A DNA stretch of 64,000 nt from Rotaria socialis (Eukaryota), in contig CAJNYD010000423.1 of the NCBI GenBank assembly GCA_905331295.1, positions 62,001 to 126,000 of the forward strand, written 5' to 3'. Of this stretch, positions 14,284-26,207 are shown one piece after another. The first letter of the stretch is position 1, and each line of letters opens with the position of its first letter. The notes below the pieces were generated by a model that did no database searches, was not told the DNA's origin, and worked only from the letters and a program-made list of their open reading frames with translations. A program made the translations under genes and the position numbers.

Positions 14284-16457
14284 TCAATTCGAATAATAAA
14301 GTGAAAGCGCACATCCCATCGTTAGAAATGAAACATAGAAATACATATTAAACGTAATATGAAAAATGAACCACGAAAGAAATGAAGTAACTATTAAAGA
14401 AAACGAAATAACAAATAAACGAATTATATTAGATGAATGTTTTATTACAACAGACATAAATAAACCATTCAATGCTTGTGTTAACACAATTAGCCAAGTG
14501 TAAAATGAAAAACCATCGAATGGATTAAATATATGTCCACTTCCGGATTTAGCCACTGCAGAAGCAACAGCTGGAAATAAATTCAGAAGAGTTCCATAAG
14601 TATAGAGAAAAATATTTTGGAGATGAAGTGATTCAGTATAGTGTTTTTTTAGAATCCATTCATTATATACTCCTGCAAGACCGCTAAATATACAGTAAAC
14701 AGCAATCATGGGTACACCCAATGGACGAATATACATTTCGGGCATGATAATAGATGTTGTTGTGACTTTTTTCGAAACATACGATGAATTTTTCAACGTA
14801 CCTAAATTTAAAAATTCTAATATCTATACCAGTTCAAAGAAACGCTCTACATTCTTCACTTTGAATAATAATCAATCCTATAATGTGAATACGCTTGCAA
14901 GTACAGTTTGATTATTTCTTAGGATTTGTTTCCAGTGTCATATCAAAAAATCTCGTCGAAAATTCATCATGAATAATTGCGCACTACATAATATCGATTA
15001 CAGTATTCAGGCGACAGCTTTAGTTCTGAATTCATTAGTGCTTACAAAAATATTAATTTTTCTTTGATTAAAATCATAATTCTAAAACAAGTATCTGGTG
15101 CAATACTTGTTTATCTTCTTAAATTGTTCACTACAACCCTACTCGTCTAAATATATGCTTCAAAAGCAGCACTAAAAACATCATTATACATTGAATGCAG
15201 TCATTAACAGAAAAAAGAAATAGAATCAAATGAAAACAGTCGCTTAAGTTCTCCATCGTTGAAAAGTAATTGAAAAAACTCCAGTCATCTTAGAAAAAAA
15301 ATAGTTGTTACTCTACGAAAAAGTAATACTTATGCATTGTAGAAAATTAAAAAAAAAGTATTGCAATCAAATTTCATTATTTTATGTTCTCACCTTGTTA
15401 TTAATAGAAAAATCGGGACGAAAATTTAAACTCGTGGTAGAAAAACAAGCAAAAATACTTCATGACAACAATCGGTCTTTTTTTATATCTGAAAGATATT
15501 TCTAATGAGAATGTTAAAAATACAACCGTAATCACAACTGAAATTTTTTCGTCTACTTTGACGTATATGCTATGTTAATTTATGGTAACATTACGTACAT
15601 TTCTAATTTCGATGAGCATGACTAGCTTCATGAGTTAATAATATTTTCCGAAAGAGCGTTTAATTAACTTTGAATGGACAATTGCAATATTGGTGTAGAG
15701 AAATGAAACCACTAAATAATCGAGGAATAAACACGAATCAAGAAACAAATTGGAAGAATATCGAAACCGTGGGATAACGGAATCGAGGAATATATGTTGA
15801 AGTATTCCCTAATTGACATTCAGTTTTCTTTCCTTTTTGTAGAATATTTTGTAAATCGATAAATTTTGCATAGTTACCTATACTATATGCAAGTCCACCA
15901 AAAAACAATAGTGATAGTGCAAACCATTTTCTTCTTGTCAACTTTTGCTTGATTATTATTCGGTATAGAATAGCTGTGGTTAATATTTTGAAATTCGATA
16001 AAATTTGATAAGATGCTGGGTCCATCTGAACTTGCATATGTACAGCTAGATTATTATTAATAAAATAGAGTATTCCCGGTATTGAATAAGGTAGTGATTG
16101 TTTCAACCATGATCTAATTTGCTTTCTACTTAGAGAAACATCAACGTTAACCGATGAAAAATAGAATAAAGCAGAAAATGAAAATATTAATTTAGTAAAT
16201 TCGAGAACGAAATTCATCGTTGTTGATGAAAAAGCCACAGCGCCATCTTTTTCGCAGAGATGCACTAATATAGAATACGATCCATATGCTAGTATTTGAA
16301 AAATAATCATAGAACGAAAGCCAATTGATTGTAGAAGATCGTCCGATTTTTGTTTAGAATTCTGTGAATGCTCGGGCGTCGATAACAATGATGCATTCGG
16401 ATCAGTAGTGTCCGCTGAGTCGGACGTCGTCAAAGCAAGACTCGGAGTATTCTTCAT
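14284..16457 (-). CDS. SLC35A-family nucleotide-sugar transporter (SLC35A4-like); exons about 16457-15878 and 14801-14284
   Basis: Motifs YSIPGILYFINNNL, MDPASYQILSNFKILTTAILY, SGLAGVYNEWILK, LHLQNIFLY and QALNGLFMSVVIKH. Donor G|gtaact at 15878/15877 and acceptor tttag|G at 14802/14801. The start codon is uncertain. Confidence 0.88.
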
Positions 16458-17120
16458 GTGTATTCGATATTGAACGGCAAAAAGAAAAGAAAGAAATATA
16501 TTTATTTAGGAAAAATTAGATTGTTGAGAAAATATCTCTACAGTGATATGAACGGCTGTTTAAGGAACGAGTGATGTGAAGAATCATTGGCGTTCGTATG
16601 TTTTTTTAGTTCTTGCAAGTTTTTAGAGGACAAGCAAATGCTTTCTTCAGTAATCCGAGCTGCATTGGCACACAAACGATGAAGCTACGAGAGAAATGAT
16701 TAAAGGAAGACAAGATTGCAAGGATAAACGAAGAGACAAGACTGATTCATATTCGTGGAGACGTGTTTTACAAGAATATCTTCTGCATCTGACAGAAAAG
16801 CATGAAACCATATTGAAAAAAGTATGAAAAAGAAACGAGAAAGAGAACAACTGATATGACATCAAACTATTACTCAAAAAACGAAACAAGAATAGAATTG
16901 ATTCAGAGGTATTAAAAAGGCTGATAACAAGAAAGAAAAGAAGAAAGAAAATCTATGCAGAACAATAAAGAAAAAAAATGACTTATTAGTTGAAAGTGGT
17001 TGAATAGAGCGATAATTTTTCGTCAAATAGTTTCGATAATGAAAAGTGAAGAAAAATATATATAAAAACTGATGAAAGAAGTAAAATATTGCATGGCGTA
17101 TACAATGTAAATGGGGAGTC

Positions 17121-17753
17121 TGTTATGGTGTACTTTCACTTCTTTATTAGCAGGTTCGATTACATACACCTTAACAATAATAATACCAGGGAGGGCGAGA
17201 ACAAAACAAACACAGGAACATATTTGCTCGTCTTCTATTATCTCCAATGAGATAAGAATTTTTTTTTAAATTTCGCTCTTTTATTGTTACACTCGGAGGT
17301 GCTTACAAGAGTTGGCGTAAGAATTTACAGCTGTTTGATTATCACGGCAGTGAACTATTAAACATGCAGAAGAGAGAACATACAATCATAAGATGCAGTG
17401 CTTACTAGATAGTGTGATGTATAGAATTATACATGTAATTAACCCGAAAAGGAAAAACAAAAGAAAAATAAAATACAGGAGAAAATGAGAATAAAAGAAA
17501 AGAAAAGAAAAATAGGGACGCGCTAAAAGAGCGAGAGGTAGAGAGCATGAAACATTAAACAAAAAAATCCATGGCGGATTTCATTCGACTAAAAATTTAA
17601 GGCATTTCAGAAGCAGCGATTGATGCCTGTCACGTTTGCGTCTGAAATAAGGAATACATAATAATATGCGTGGAGAAAAATAGGAGAAAGAAAGCTAGCA
17701 CCATCGGGGTAGATTATGCTAATGATATGTGTGTATATGCAAAGATCATAACA
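17121..17753 (-). repeat. 3' LTR (633 bp)
   Basis: TGTTATGGTG...GATCATAACA on the + strand. Both ends align to 24790-25027; it has about 395 bp of extra central sequence bounded by ATAAG. Confidence 0.9.
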
Positions 17754-17761
17754 CCCCCCCC
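17754..17761 (-). promoter_or_regulatory. Polypurine tract (G run on the - strand) abutting the 3' LTR
   Basis: Run of C on the + strand directly after the LTR edge; it ends at the N at 17762. Confidence 0.7.
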
Positions 17762-18147
17762 NTCTTACTGGTCAAGTTGAATACCACACACTTCAAGTAT
17801 TATTATATAAATTTAAATCTATATTTGATCATAATACGTTTACAGTTGCAACCACACAAAAAAAGAAACAATGAAACATCTGCTGTCTCTTATTTTATTA
17901 TACATAGAGCAAAAAGATACAACAAAAGGAAGTGGAAGAAGAAAAATAACAGAAAACAGTAGACAAACATGACTAGAGAAAAAAGTCATAAAAACTGTTT
18001 TTTGTATATATCACATCGTATGAAGTGTTTTAAAAACACAAGATGTATTGATTAATGTGATGGAACATTTGAACGAGTGGATAATGGTCGTATATCATTA
18101 ATGTGAATACGAGAGATAGTTGGAGAATTTAAAGCTTTTACCCAATA

Positions 18148-18517
18148 CCGAGGTGAATGAATCCTACGACGAATCCTATCGGATCTGGTAGGATCCTACC
18201 ATCCAACAGAATCCGATGGGATTCCGGGTAACGGATTGACTGTCGGTTCTGATGGAAAAAACTATTTTCTTAATTAGGGGCGATTATGCATATTTTCTCA
18301 TAAGAAAACTAGGGTCATACGTTCATGTTGGATTCCGTCAATTTCCGACACTGGATCCTATGGGATTTCTACATCATAGATCCGACTGTAGGTCCTGATC
18401 CCGGAATACTATAGGATTACGTCGGTTTTATTAAAATCCATGTAATATGTGGTGTATTCAAGACCTGCCCCTTGTCGGAATCTGATAGGATCCTACTGTC
18501 CGAATGACTCTCCTGGG
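18148..18517. mobile_element. MITE with TA target duplication inserted in the integrase C-terminal region
   Basis: Ends CCGAGGTGA and TCTCCTGGG, flanked by TA at 18146-18147 and 18518-18519. Many internal GGATCC/ATCCGA/TCGGA repeats. Removing it restores integrase ...RQHPIY|WVKALNSP.... Confidence 0.75.
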
Positions 18518-18987
18518 TAGATAGGATGTTGACGATTAACAATAATTTTTGGATCTAATGAAAATTGTGGATCTAATTTGGATCTATTTGTAAATATTCT
18601 AGTGAGTACCACTGTAGCTAAATCATATTGTGGATCAGGACGACGACGATCATATCGAATTTTTTGATTGAGCATGTTGTTTAATGCGTTGCCTAACTGT
18701 TGTATAATAGTATTTTAAATTACGAACCAGTTGATCCAAATAATCATGAGAATGAGAAAATGTAATTGTTGTTGGTAGACGATCGGTAGGAAAACTAGTC
18801 GGTCGACCAAATGTCAGTTCAAATGCAGTAAAATTCGTTGTTGCATGCATACCGGTATTGTATGCAAGTACAATCGGATATAGATATTCATCCCAAGTGT
18901 TGTGTTCTTGATCAGTTAATTTAGCAAGTTGAGTGACGAAGGTACTATTAAAACGTCCTACTTGCCCATTTGATTCGGGGTGGCAGG

Positions 18988-19241
18988 TGTGCCGATATTG
19001 GTGACACGCTTCGATGATTCTCCTTCCTCTTCCTTCTGTTCTTTTTCCTGTCTCTCTTCTATCTCTCTCTCTCTCTCTCTCTCTCTCCCCTATATATACG
19101 TGTGTTATGTATGAAGTTGTTACACTCTTGATATGTGAAAAAGCGAATAAACATCATTGCCGTGAGTGACAGTAAGCTACTCCACCTCTATACAGTTTGT
19201 CTTAATACATCAATCAACAGGGTCCCATATCTATCGTTACA
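18988..19241 (+). mobile_element. Solo LTR (254 bp) of a second LTR family inserted in the integrase core
   Basis: TGTGCCGAT...ATCGTTACA termini; 5-bp TSD GCAGG/GTAGG (one mismatch); internal (TC)n run, TATATATA near 19091 and AATAAA near 19146. It interrupts the integrase TPYHPESNG motif. Confidence 0.75.
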
Positions 19242-22071
19242 GTAGGGCGTACAAAATATATGATGATAACCAAGTAGCTGTGCAAATGAGAACATCAGTT
19301 GATTTTTAAAGCTAGTACCTTGATCGGAAATGGTTGCTTTAGGTACACCAAAACGACATATATGTTCTTTAAAAATAGCTTCGGCTGTAACTTGAGCTAA
19401 ACATGTCGGTAAGGGTATAGCCGTGACAAAGTTCGTATAATAATTGTTTAAACATAAAACTTCTCTATTATCAGTAAACGTTGGAGTAAATGGACCACAA
19501 AAGTCGATCCCTAGTAATTCATTAGCACCATCAGAAGGACGAACAGGATGAAGAAAATCAGGACGTTTTTGTCGACTTGTATTATAAGCTTGGCAAACAA
19601 TGCAAGATTTTATGTGATCAATAACGGATTGTTATATATTGGGCCACCAATATTGGTGTTGAAGCTTGTGTAATGTTCTACGAATAGCAAAATGACCACC
19701 AATAAAAGGATTATCATGATAAGAAACAAGTAATGATTTGATCATGGAAGATGGAACGTAGATTAATTTACGTTTGACTTTACCATGAGAACTAGATTGT
19801 AATTTATATAAGATTCCATCATTTAACTCAAATGAAATAAGTGGATTATGTTTAAAATCATTAACAATTTTTTGAATTCGAATATCATTATTTTGATGTT
19901 CTTGTAATTGTGTAATGTCAAAATGTTTAATAATAGAAGACGAAGATAGATCGGAAGAAGATTGCCGTTGTTGTAATGAACATGAAGAAACATTAGTTGA
20001 TGGTTCTCTAGTTTTTGATCGAGTTACCGTCGCATCAATGAATTGAAGAGAAGAGGATTTATCATGTCGAAATCCTAATCCATATTCAGAATCAAGCAAT
20101 TCATCGTTATATGAAATAGAATGGTGAGAGAGATAATCTGGTAGGCAATTATTTTCCCCCTTGGACATGTATAATTTGTGTAATATTGAATTCCTGGAAC
20201 AAGAATGAGTTTTTTTCAAAGCGTTTGTTTAAAATTTTCTTATCCATCATATGAAAAAGTGGACAATTATCAGTAAAAATAATAATATCCCGACCGAGCA
20301 AAAAAGATTTCATTCGATGTAATGCATTTAAAAATAGCTAGTGCTTCAAGTTCAATAGGATGAAAACGTTTTTGTGATGAAGATAATAATTTCGAATGAT
20401 AATATAGAATACGTATAACATCATTAATTTCTTGGTAAAGAATTCCACCTAATCCCGCTTTAGAATCATTAGTGGATAATAAAATCGGTTGTGTATCATC
20501 AGGAAAATCTAACATTAATGGTCGGGAAGTTAAGACATTTTTTAAATCATAAAAAGATTTAGATTGATCATCACCCCATTTAAATTTGTATCGTTGTGAT
20601 TTTGAAAGATTAGTTACTGCATGGATAGGTGCTACAATACTGGCAAATTGTGGAATAAACTTTCTATACCATGAAAGTCCTCCAATAAATCGATTTGCTT
20701 GTGCTAGAGATTTAGGTTCAGGAAGTAGAGCGATAGATTTGATTTTTTCAGGTAAAGGAGTTATTGTTTTTGAACTAATAGCATGTCCTAGATATGCAAT
20801 TGTTTGCTGGGCTATTTGACATTTCATTGAATTTAATGTTAAATTATGTAATTTTAAGCCATTTAAAACCTTTTCAAGATGAAGTAAATGTTCGCGATAA
20901 GTGCGAGAAAAAATGATGATGTCATCTAAATAAACCAAGGAGAAATCAATGCAAGACGATAATACTTTGTTCATAATACGTTGAAAACTCGGAGGAGCAT
21001 TACGAAGACCTTGAGGAAGAACGTTCCACTCGTATAATCCAAAAGGCGTGATAAATGCGGCCTTAAAACGATCTTTGGCATTTATAGGAAATTGCCAAAA
21101 TCCAGATTTTAAATCGAGTTTGGAAAAAAAATGATAACCGGCACCTAATGTTTTTAATGCGAGTTCCATGTTTGGAAGTGGATAATTATCCTTAATGGTA
21201 ATGGCGTTTAACTTTTTGTAATCAATAACTAATCGCCAAGTGTTATCTTTTTTTTTTATTAATAAGGCGGGAGCTGCATAAGATGATTGAGATTCACGTA
21301 TTAATCCAGAATGTAGTAATTTAGTAATAATTAAATGCATTTCTGAATTGGAAGTGCGATTACCAGGATACTATTTGGAGACCGGTGGAGTATGTGGATG
21401 AGTTTCAATAACATGAGACATTTGTGTGGTTGCAACTGTAAACGTATTATGATCAAATATAGATTTAAATTTATATAATAATACTTGAAGTGTGTGGTAT
21501 TCAACTTGACCAGTAAGATGATGCAATAAATGGCTAATAGCTAGTTCAGGTGTATGAGAGGACGATGACGTTGCTATAGTATTTAATTGATTATCATGTC
21601 TCATTCGTTCAGAATGTGATGAGGGGTTAGTAAAATAAAATGAAGTGCTTTCGTTGTCGATGGGCATCGTGATTGCCTTGTCGTGCAAATAAAATAGTAT
21701 AATTTTCTTTTTTGGTTTTATTTCTAAATCATACTTTAAAAGATAGTCCATGCCTAGTATTAGATCAGCACATAAATTTTTTGTCACATATGCTAAAATC
21801 GATGTTAAAATATCACCAATAAAAATATTCAATGTAACTGTTCCAGTAACAATAAATGATGTTAATCCATCAGTCATATAAAATTTTTGTTGAGGTATAG
21901 TAGAAGATTTAAATTTATCATTAAGTGTTAAATTTCGTTCATGAACAAAAGAATTTTGTGCACCAGTATCTATCATAATTTGCATTTCATTATTATTAAC
22001 ATATGTCGTAAACAGAACTAAGGAAGAATTTGATGGATATTTTGATGACGAAACGAAGCCAACACCATCAA

Positions 22072-24740
22072 TCATTGACTTCGTTTTTCGAAATGGTGAC
22101 AATCACGAGCGATATGATCTAATGAACTACATCTAAAACACCCTTGAAATGATTTTTGCTGTTGCTGTTGATAGTTCCGATACTGATGATTATTAGTATT
22201 ATTACGATATGAATTATTGTTACGTTGAGATGTATTATTAGCAAGTAAAGGAGGTATAAATTTTGCTGATGAATTAATATCAGCTGCTTGACCAGGTACA
22301 CGAGAATAGTGATTACGTTGAGGTAGATAATGATACGATGTATTAAAATTTTTATTTAAAGAATGTTGAGACTCAGAAGCTTTTCAATTATTTGCTGTTG
22401 GGTAAGATGATGTTGTTGAATACGAAAAAGAATCATACGGTGTGATATCATCATTATCAATTGAAGTGGAGGTAAAATTAGTATTTAACGCTGTAAGTTC
22501 TTCAGCAATTTTAACTTGTTGTAGAAAACCTTGGGTTGATGTTGGGTAATTTCGTCGTGTTTCAGTGCATAATGATTGGCGAAGACCATTCATAAGATAA
22601 TGAATTTTTGTTGACTCGTTCATTTGCGGATCGGCTTGTTGCATTAACTTCATCGTCTCAATATAGTATTGGGTTGCCGATTGATGAGTAGTTTGCTGGT
22701 ACAATTTCAATTTCTTAAATGCTACATCTCGTTGTAAATTGGAACTAAACAATTTAATAATTTCTGCGATAAAGTTGTATCATGATGTAAATGGCATTGG
22801 TTGTGGTTGAAACCATTGATAAGCTTCACCTTTAAGACATATATGAATTAGATTTAATTTATACGAATCACATAAATTCATGGTTTTGAATTGTTGATCG
22901 ATTTCATCAATCCATCGATAAATATTGTCTTTACCACCATGAAATTTAAGTGGATCTTTAACGAATTTATCAATCAATGCTTTACAAATAGTAGTTGATA
23001 AAATAGAATTAGAGATATCCTTAGCAGTTGATTCTTGTGATTTATTAGAACAAACAGCTGAAGCAGATGGATTAATCAAACAATCAGGAGAAATATCTAG
23101 TAATGCATTATTAATTATGGCAGATGCAAGCATTGATGAAGTTTTATTTTGTGGTTCTATCGTGGTATGCTTGGAGAATTGTTCGAATTTAAAATATGCA
23201 AATGCAAAAAGTCGACAAAAATCAGTATAAGATTTAAACTTATCTTTGTTTATACTAGACCAAATCATTGCGTCACAGGTGAAAACATTTCGAAAAATTT
23301 CAAGTCGATCAATAAGAGATAAATGAAGTTCACATAATTTTGAATCAAGTTTTGTGAACCATTGTCGAGCATTTTCAACACCAGAAAATAATGTAACATG
23401 TTGAAGAACAGAATCTAATACCGATAATTTATTCCCAGGATTTGTTGTACGTGGTATAGTGAAGTCTTGACATTCATCTTCAACTTTTTTTTGTTGTGAA
23501 AGAGATGATGTATCAGTATCAGGATTCATATAACGAGATTGCTGTAATAAATGCGCTTCATATTCCGTTATTAGATCTGGACAATCTAAATTTTGTTGAG
23601 GTTCCCAAGTATTTTGTTCATCAGGATAACCTTTCCATGCTATCAAAAATTCTTTTCGACCATTTCGAAAACGATGATCAATAATACGTTGAACGATAAA
23701 CACCAGCGGTGTAACCAGGATTTTTATACCATTGGGCAAACTTCTATTAAGTCAAAAATAAACCATGGGCAAAATTGGCAAGATTTTTATTGATAGGCCA
23801 AAATTTTTTAACCCAGCAAAGTATTGATAACGTAGAAAAAACACCAAAAAAACATGAGATTCTTTTAACCTAATATATAGGAAAAGAACCTCAGATTTTA
23901 AGCCTGCTTCAGACTTGCTGAGTTAGACATTTTATTCTACCATCAGTCTCTATTTATAACATTTGGTTGTGAAATTTAAACACCAAAATCAAAACGACCA
24001 CTGTACATTTTTACATAAAATTTCAATATTTGGAAGAAAAGTGATAGCTTAATATCGAATTGCCACTGATGGATCTACCATTACAGCTAGTTGACGAGGG
24101 CCACACCCTTCATGAAATTTTTTCGATTTTTTCCAGCAGGAATGAAACAGAAAAGAGTCGTATTGCCTCAAATAGGTTTCAAAAAACACTTTTTGGCCGG
24201 GGNNNNNNNNNNNNNNNNNNNNNNNNNNNNNNNNNNNNNNNNNNNNNNNNNNNNNNNNNNNNNNNNNNNNNNNNNNNNNNNNNNNNNNNNNACTTTTTAT
24301 AATATAGTAGCTCGAAAGAAGAGACAAGACGGTAAACTGGACGCGATAGATTATAGTTCAATCGTTTTCTCTCATGTCAGCATTTTGAGAGAAGATAAAA
24401 GAAAGGAACAATTATACATATAGATAAGTATGTACAATTGTGCATTATTCATTATTTTTGTTCTGTTTTCTTATATTAATTCTTCATAAGAACCAGTAAA
24501 GGGTACATATGCGATTCAGACCAAAGAAAAAAAAGACAGTAGCTAGTTTATTCAAAAGTATAAATAATTGTGAAAAAGTAAAATTTGAATGGGCAAAAAT
24601 TAATTAATGAAAATTACAATAAGCACGGCTCAAAATGAAATGGGCAATTGCCCATTTGCCTCCCCCTGGTTACGCCGCTGATAAACACTGCGTTTTCGTT
24701 AGCATCCAAATTTTTTTGTTTTTCTTCATGTGTCAGTCAT
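22072..24740 (-). pseudogene. Disrupted gag with N-terminal chromodomain, two capsid-like repeats and a C-terminal CCHC zinc knuckle
   Basis: Chromodomain FIVQRIIDHRFRNGRKEFLIAWKGYPDEQNTWEPQQNLDCPDLITEYE; retrotrans_gag-like LYQQTTHQSATQYY...KIHYLMNGLR; knuckle CFRCSSLDHIARDC (about 22095-22143); stop at 22072-22074. Interrupted by the hAT-like insertion at 23704-24680 and by internal stops. Confidence 0.85.
23704..24680. mobile_element. hAT-like, probably non-autonomous DNA transposon nested in gag; contains an assembly gap
   Basis: TIRs CAGCGGTGTAACCAGG and CCTGGTTACGCCGCTG; perfect 8-bp TSD ATAAACAC at 23696-23703 and 24681-24688; N run at about 24203-24291. Confidence 0.88.
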
Positions 24741-24775
24741 GTTAGATATCTTGTTTTTTAGTTTTCGTATTTAAA

Positions 24776-24787
24776 CCAGGGTCGCCA
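24776..24787 (-). promoter_or_regulatory. Primer binding site TGGCGACCCTGG, probably for tRNA-Arg
   Basis: Lies 2 nt from the 5' LTR edge, begins with TGG (complement of tRNA CCA) and is complementary to a ...GGTCG-CCA 3' end typical of tRNA-Arg. Confidence 0.75.
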
Positions 24788-24789
24788 AT

Positions 24790-25027
24790 TGGTATGGTCT
24801 ACTTTCACTTCTTTATTAGCAAGTTCGATTACATACACTTTAACAATAAGAATACCAGGGAGCGTGAGAACAAAACAAACACAGGAACAGATTTGCTCGT
24901 CTCTTATTATCTCCAATGAGATAAGGAATACATAATAATATGCGTGGAGGAAAATAGGAGAAAGAAAGATAGTGTCACAGGGGTAGATGATGCTAATGAT
25001 CTGTGTATACATACACAGACCATAACA
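24790..25027 (-). repeat. 5' LTR (238 bp, lacking the central segment present in the 3' LTR)
   Basis: Aligns to 17121-17256 plus about 17652-17753; followed by TSD GAGTC. Confidence 0.9.
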
Positions 25028-26207
25028 GAGTCATATGTTATCAGATTTTTAATGTTAAAATAAATAATTCAGCGATAAAAATTCATAGATACATACATGA
25101 ATATTAATGGAATTTCATTGGATATTTCACTTTTCTATTTTTGATTTATTTCTTAGATATAGAGCTTTAGTAGAATTTGAAGTTACATAAATATGAAAAT
25201 TAAATTACTATACAATAGTTAAATGTCACGAATAATGAAATACGCCAATTATTTTACCTATATAAGAGCACAGAGCATTTCGATTTATAAATGCGTTCGA
25301 TTATTTTAATCAATATACAAATATCAACTTTATACTAACGATGTGTTCAATAGGTAGCAGATGAAATCTTAGATTTTTGTAGCCATTCTATTATCTAATC
25401 TTTTATTTTATTCTAATTGATAATTTACATTCAGTAATGATAGAGTTTGTGCACAGTAAAATGTTGATGATATCATTTACTAATAATTTATATTTTGACA
25501 ACATAATGCAAATCGATAAAAATAAAATGAAGACATCAAAATGTCGAACATCATGATTATAGTAGTTAAGGATTTATTGTAAAAATATGACCACCTATTC
25601 CTTTCATAATCATTCCAATATTTTGTTAAAATGTTCAGAAAAATTGAGTTACGGTTTCTTTTTGGACAGGTTACTTCGTAATTAAATGCTGAGTAAACTC
25701 TATTTGAGTCAGATCCTTCAGCTTTATCAAGTTAAATAAACCTTTCTCAACAAGTTATTCACTAAAATTTAAAGTTTCATCGATTACGACTATATCAGGA
25801 GTGTAATAAATTAATATATGATGGAAACGTTCCCGAGAAAATATGGCTTAATCTTCAATCTTCTACAGCATGTTTCGTAAAAATAAAACATATCTATTTG
25901 AAATCTATATTCAAAGCATTTCGAACAGTATGTCCAGAAAAAAATCTATCATGTCTTGCCTTTGAATAACTATTGCGTTTTCTAAAAGACAAAAACAAAG
26001 TACACTGCAGAAAGCAACTCACAATCATTGTGATAGAAAAAAATCGATATTCCAGTATTTTTTGCAAATATCTCTTGGACATCCTATCATATGTTTTTTC
26101 CATTATGTATCTTTAGTTTTTCTACGAACCAACTACAAAATAATATAGTGTTGCATGTTCCTGTTATGCTATCTTTTAGTGTCATCTAACACCGTGACCG
26201 TTACTGA

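Larger units (their letters stand above)
18060..22102 (-). pseudogene. Disrupted pol: aspartic protease, reverse transcriptase, RNase H, integrase
   Basis: PR IMIDTGAQNSF; RT WRLVIDYKKLN, FSKLDLKSGFWQ, LPQGLRNAP, VYLDDIII; RNase H LELEALAIF-type motif (PIELEALAIF); INT zinc finger YHDNPFIGGH...WWPNI*...CIVC; integrase core H-P-E-S-N-G-Q and HATTNFTAFELTFGR. Broken by stops, frameshifts and two insertions. Confidence 0.92.
17121..25027 (-). mobile_element. Full-length decayed Ty3/Gypsy LTR retrotransposon (chromodomain-gag, PR, RT, RNase H, INT)
   Basis: LTR copies at 17121-17753 and 24790-25027 with TG...TAACA termini; 5-bp TSD GAGTC at 17116-17120 and 25028-25032; PBS and PPT in the expected positions; domain order PR-RT-RH-INT; several stops and frameshifts. 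Confidence 0.95.

Noticed and set aside
15305..15505. Identical 66-aa ORFs at 15305 and 26792
   Set aside because: Intronic antisense ORFs with a non-ATG start; they are identical only because of the duplication.
16647..16889. ORFs upstream of both SLC35A exon-1 copies (also 27992-28198) as counterparts of the vertebrate SLC35A4 uORF microprotein
   Set aside because: They are low-complexity, unrelated to each other and show no recognisable similarity.
17023..17247. Similar short ORFs at 17023-17247 and 24758-25012
   Set aside because: The similarity only reflects the two LTR copies; there is no evidence of coding function.
18148..18517. Short GGATCC/ATCCGA repeats as a CRISPR-like array
   Set aside because: The spacing is irregular, there is no constant repeat-spacer unit, the context is eukaryotic, and a MITE explains it.
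23704..23739. ORF-track N-terminus MPNGIKILVTPL of the chromodomain ORF
   Set aside because: It derives from the hAT-like insertion end; the true gag N-terminus lies beyond 24680.
24049..24423. ORFs spanning the N run
   Set aside because: Artefacts of the assembly gap.
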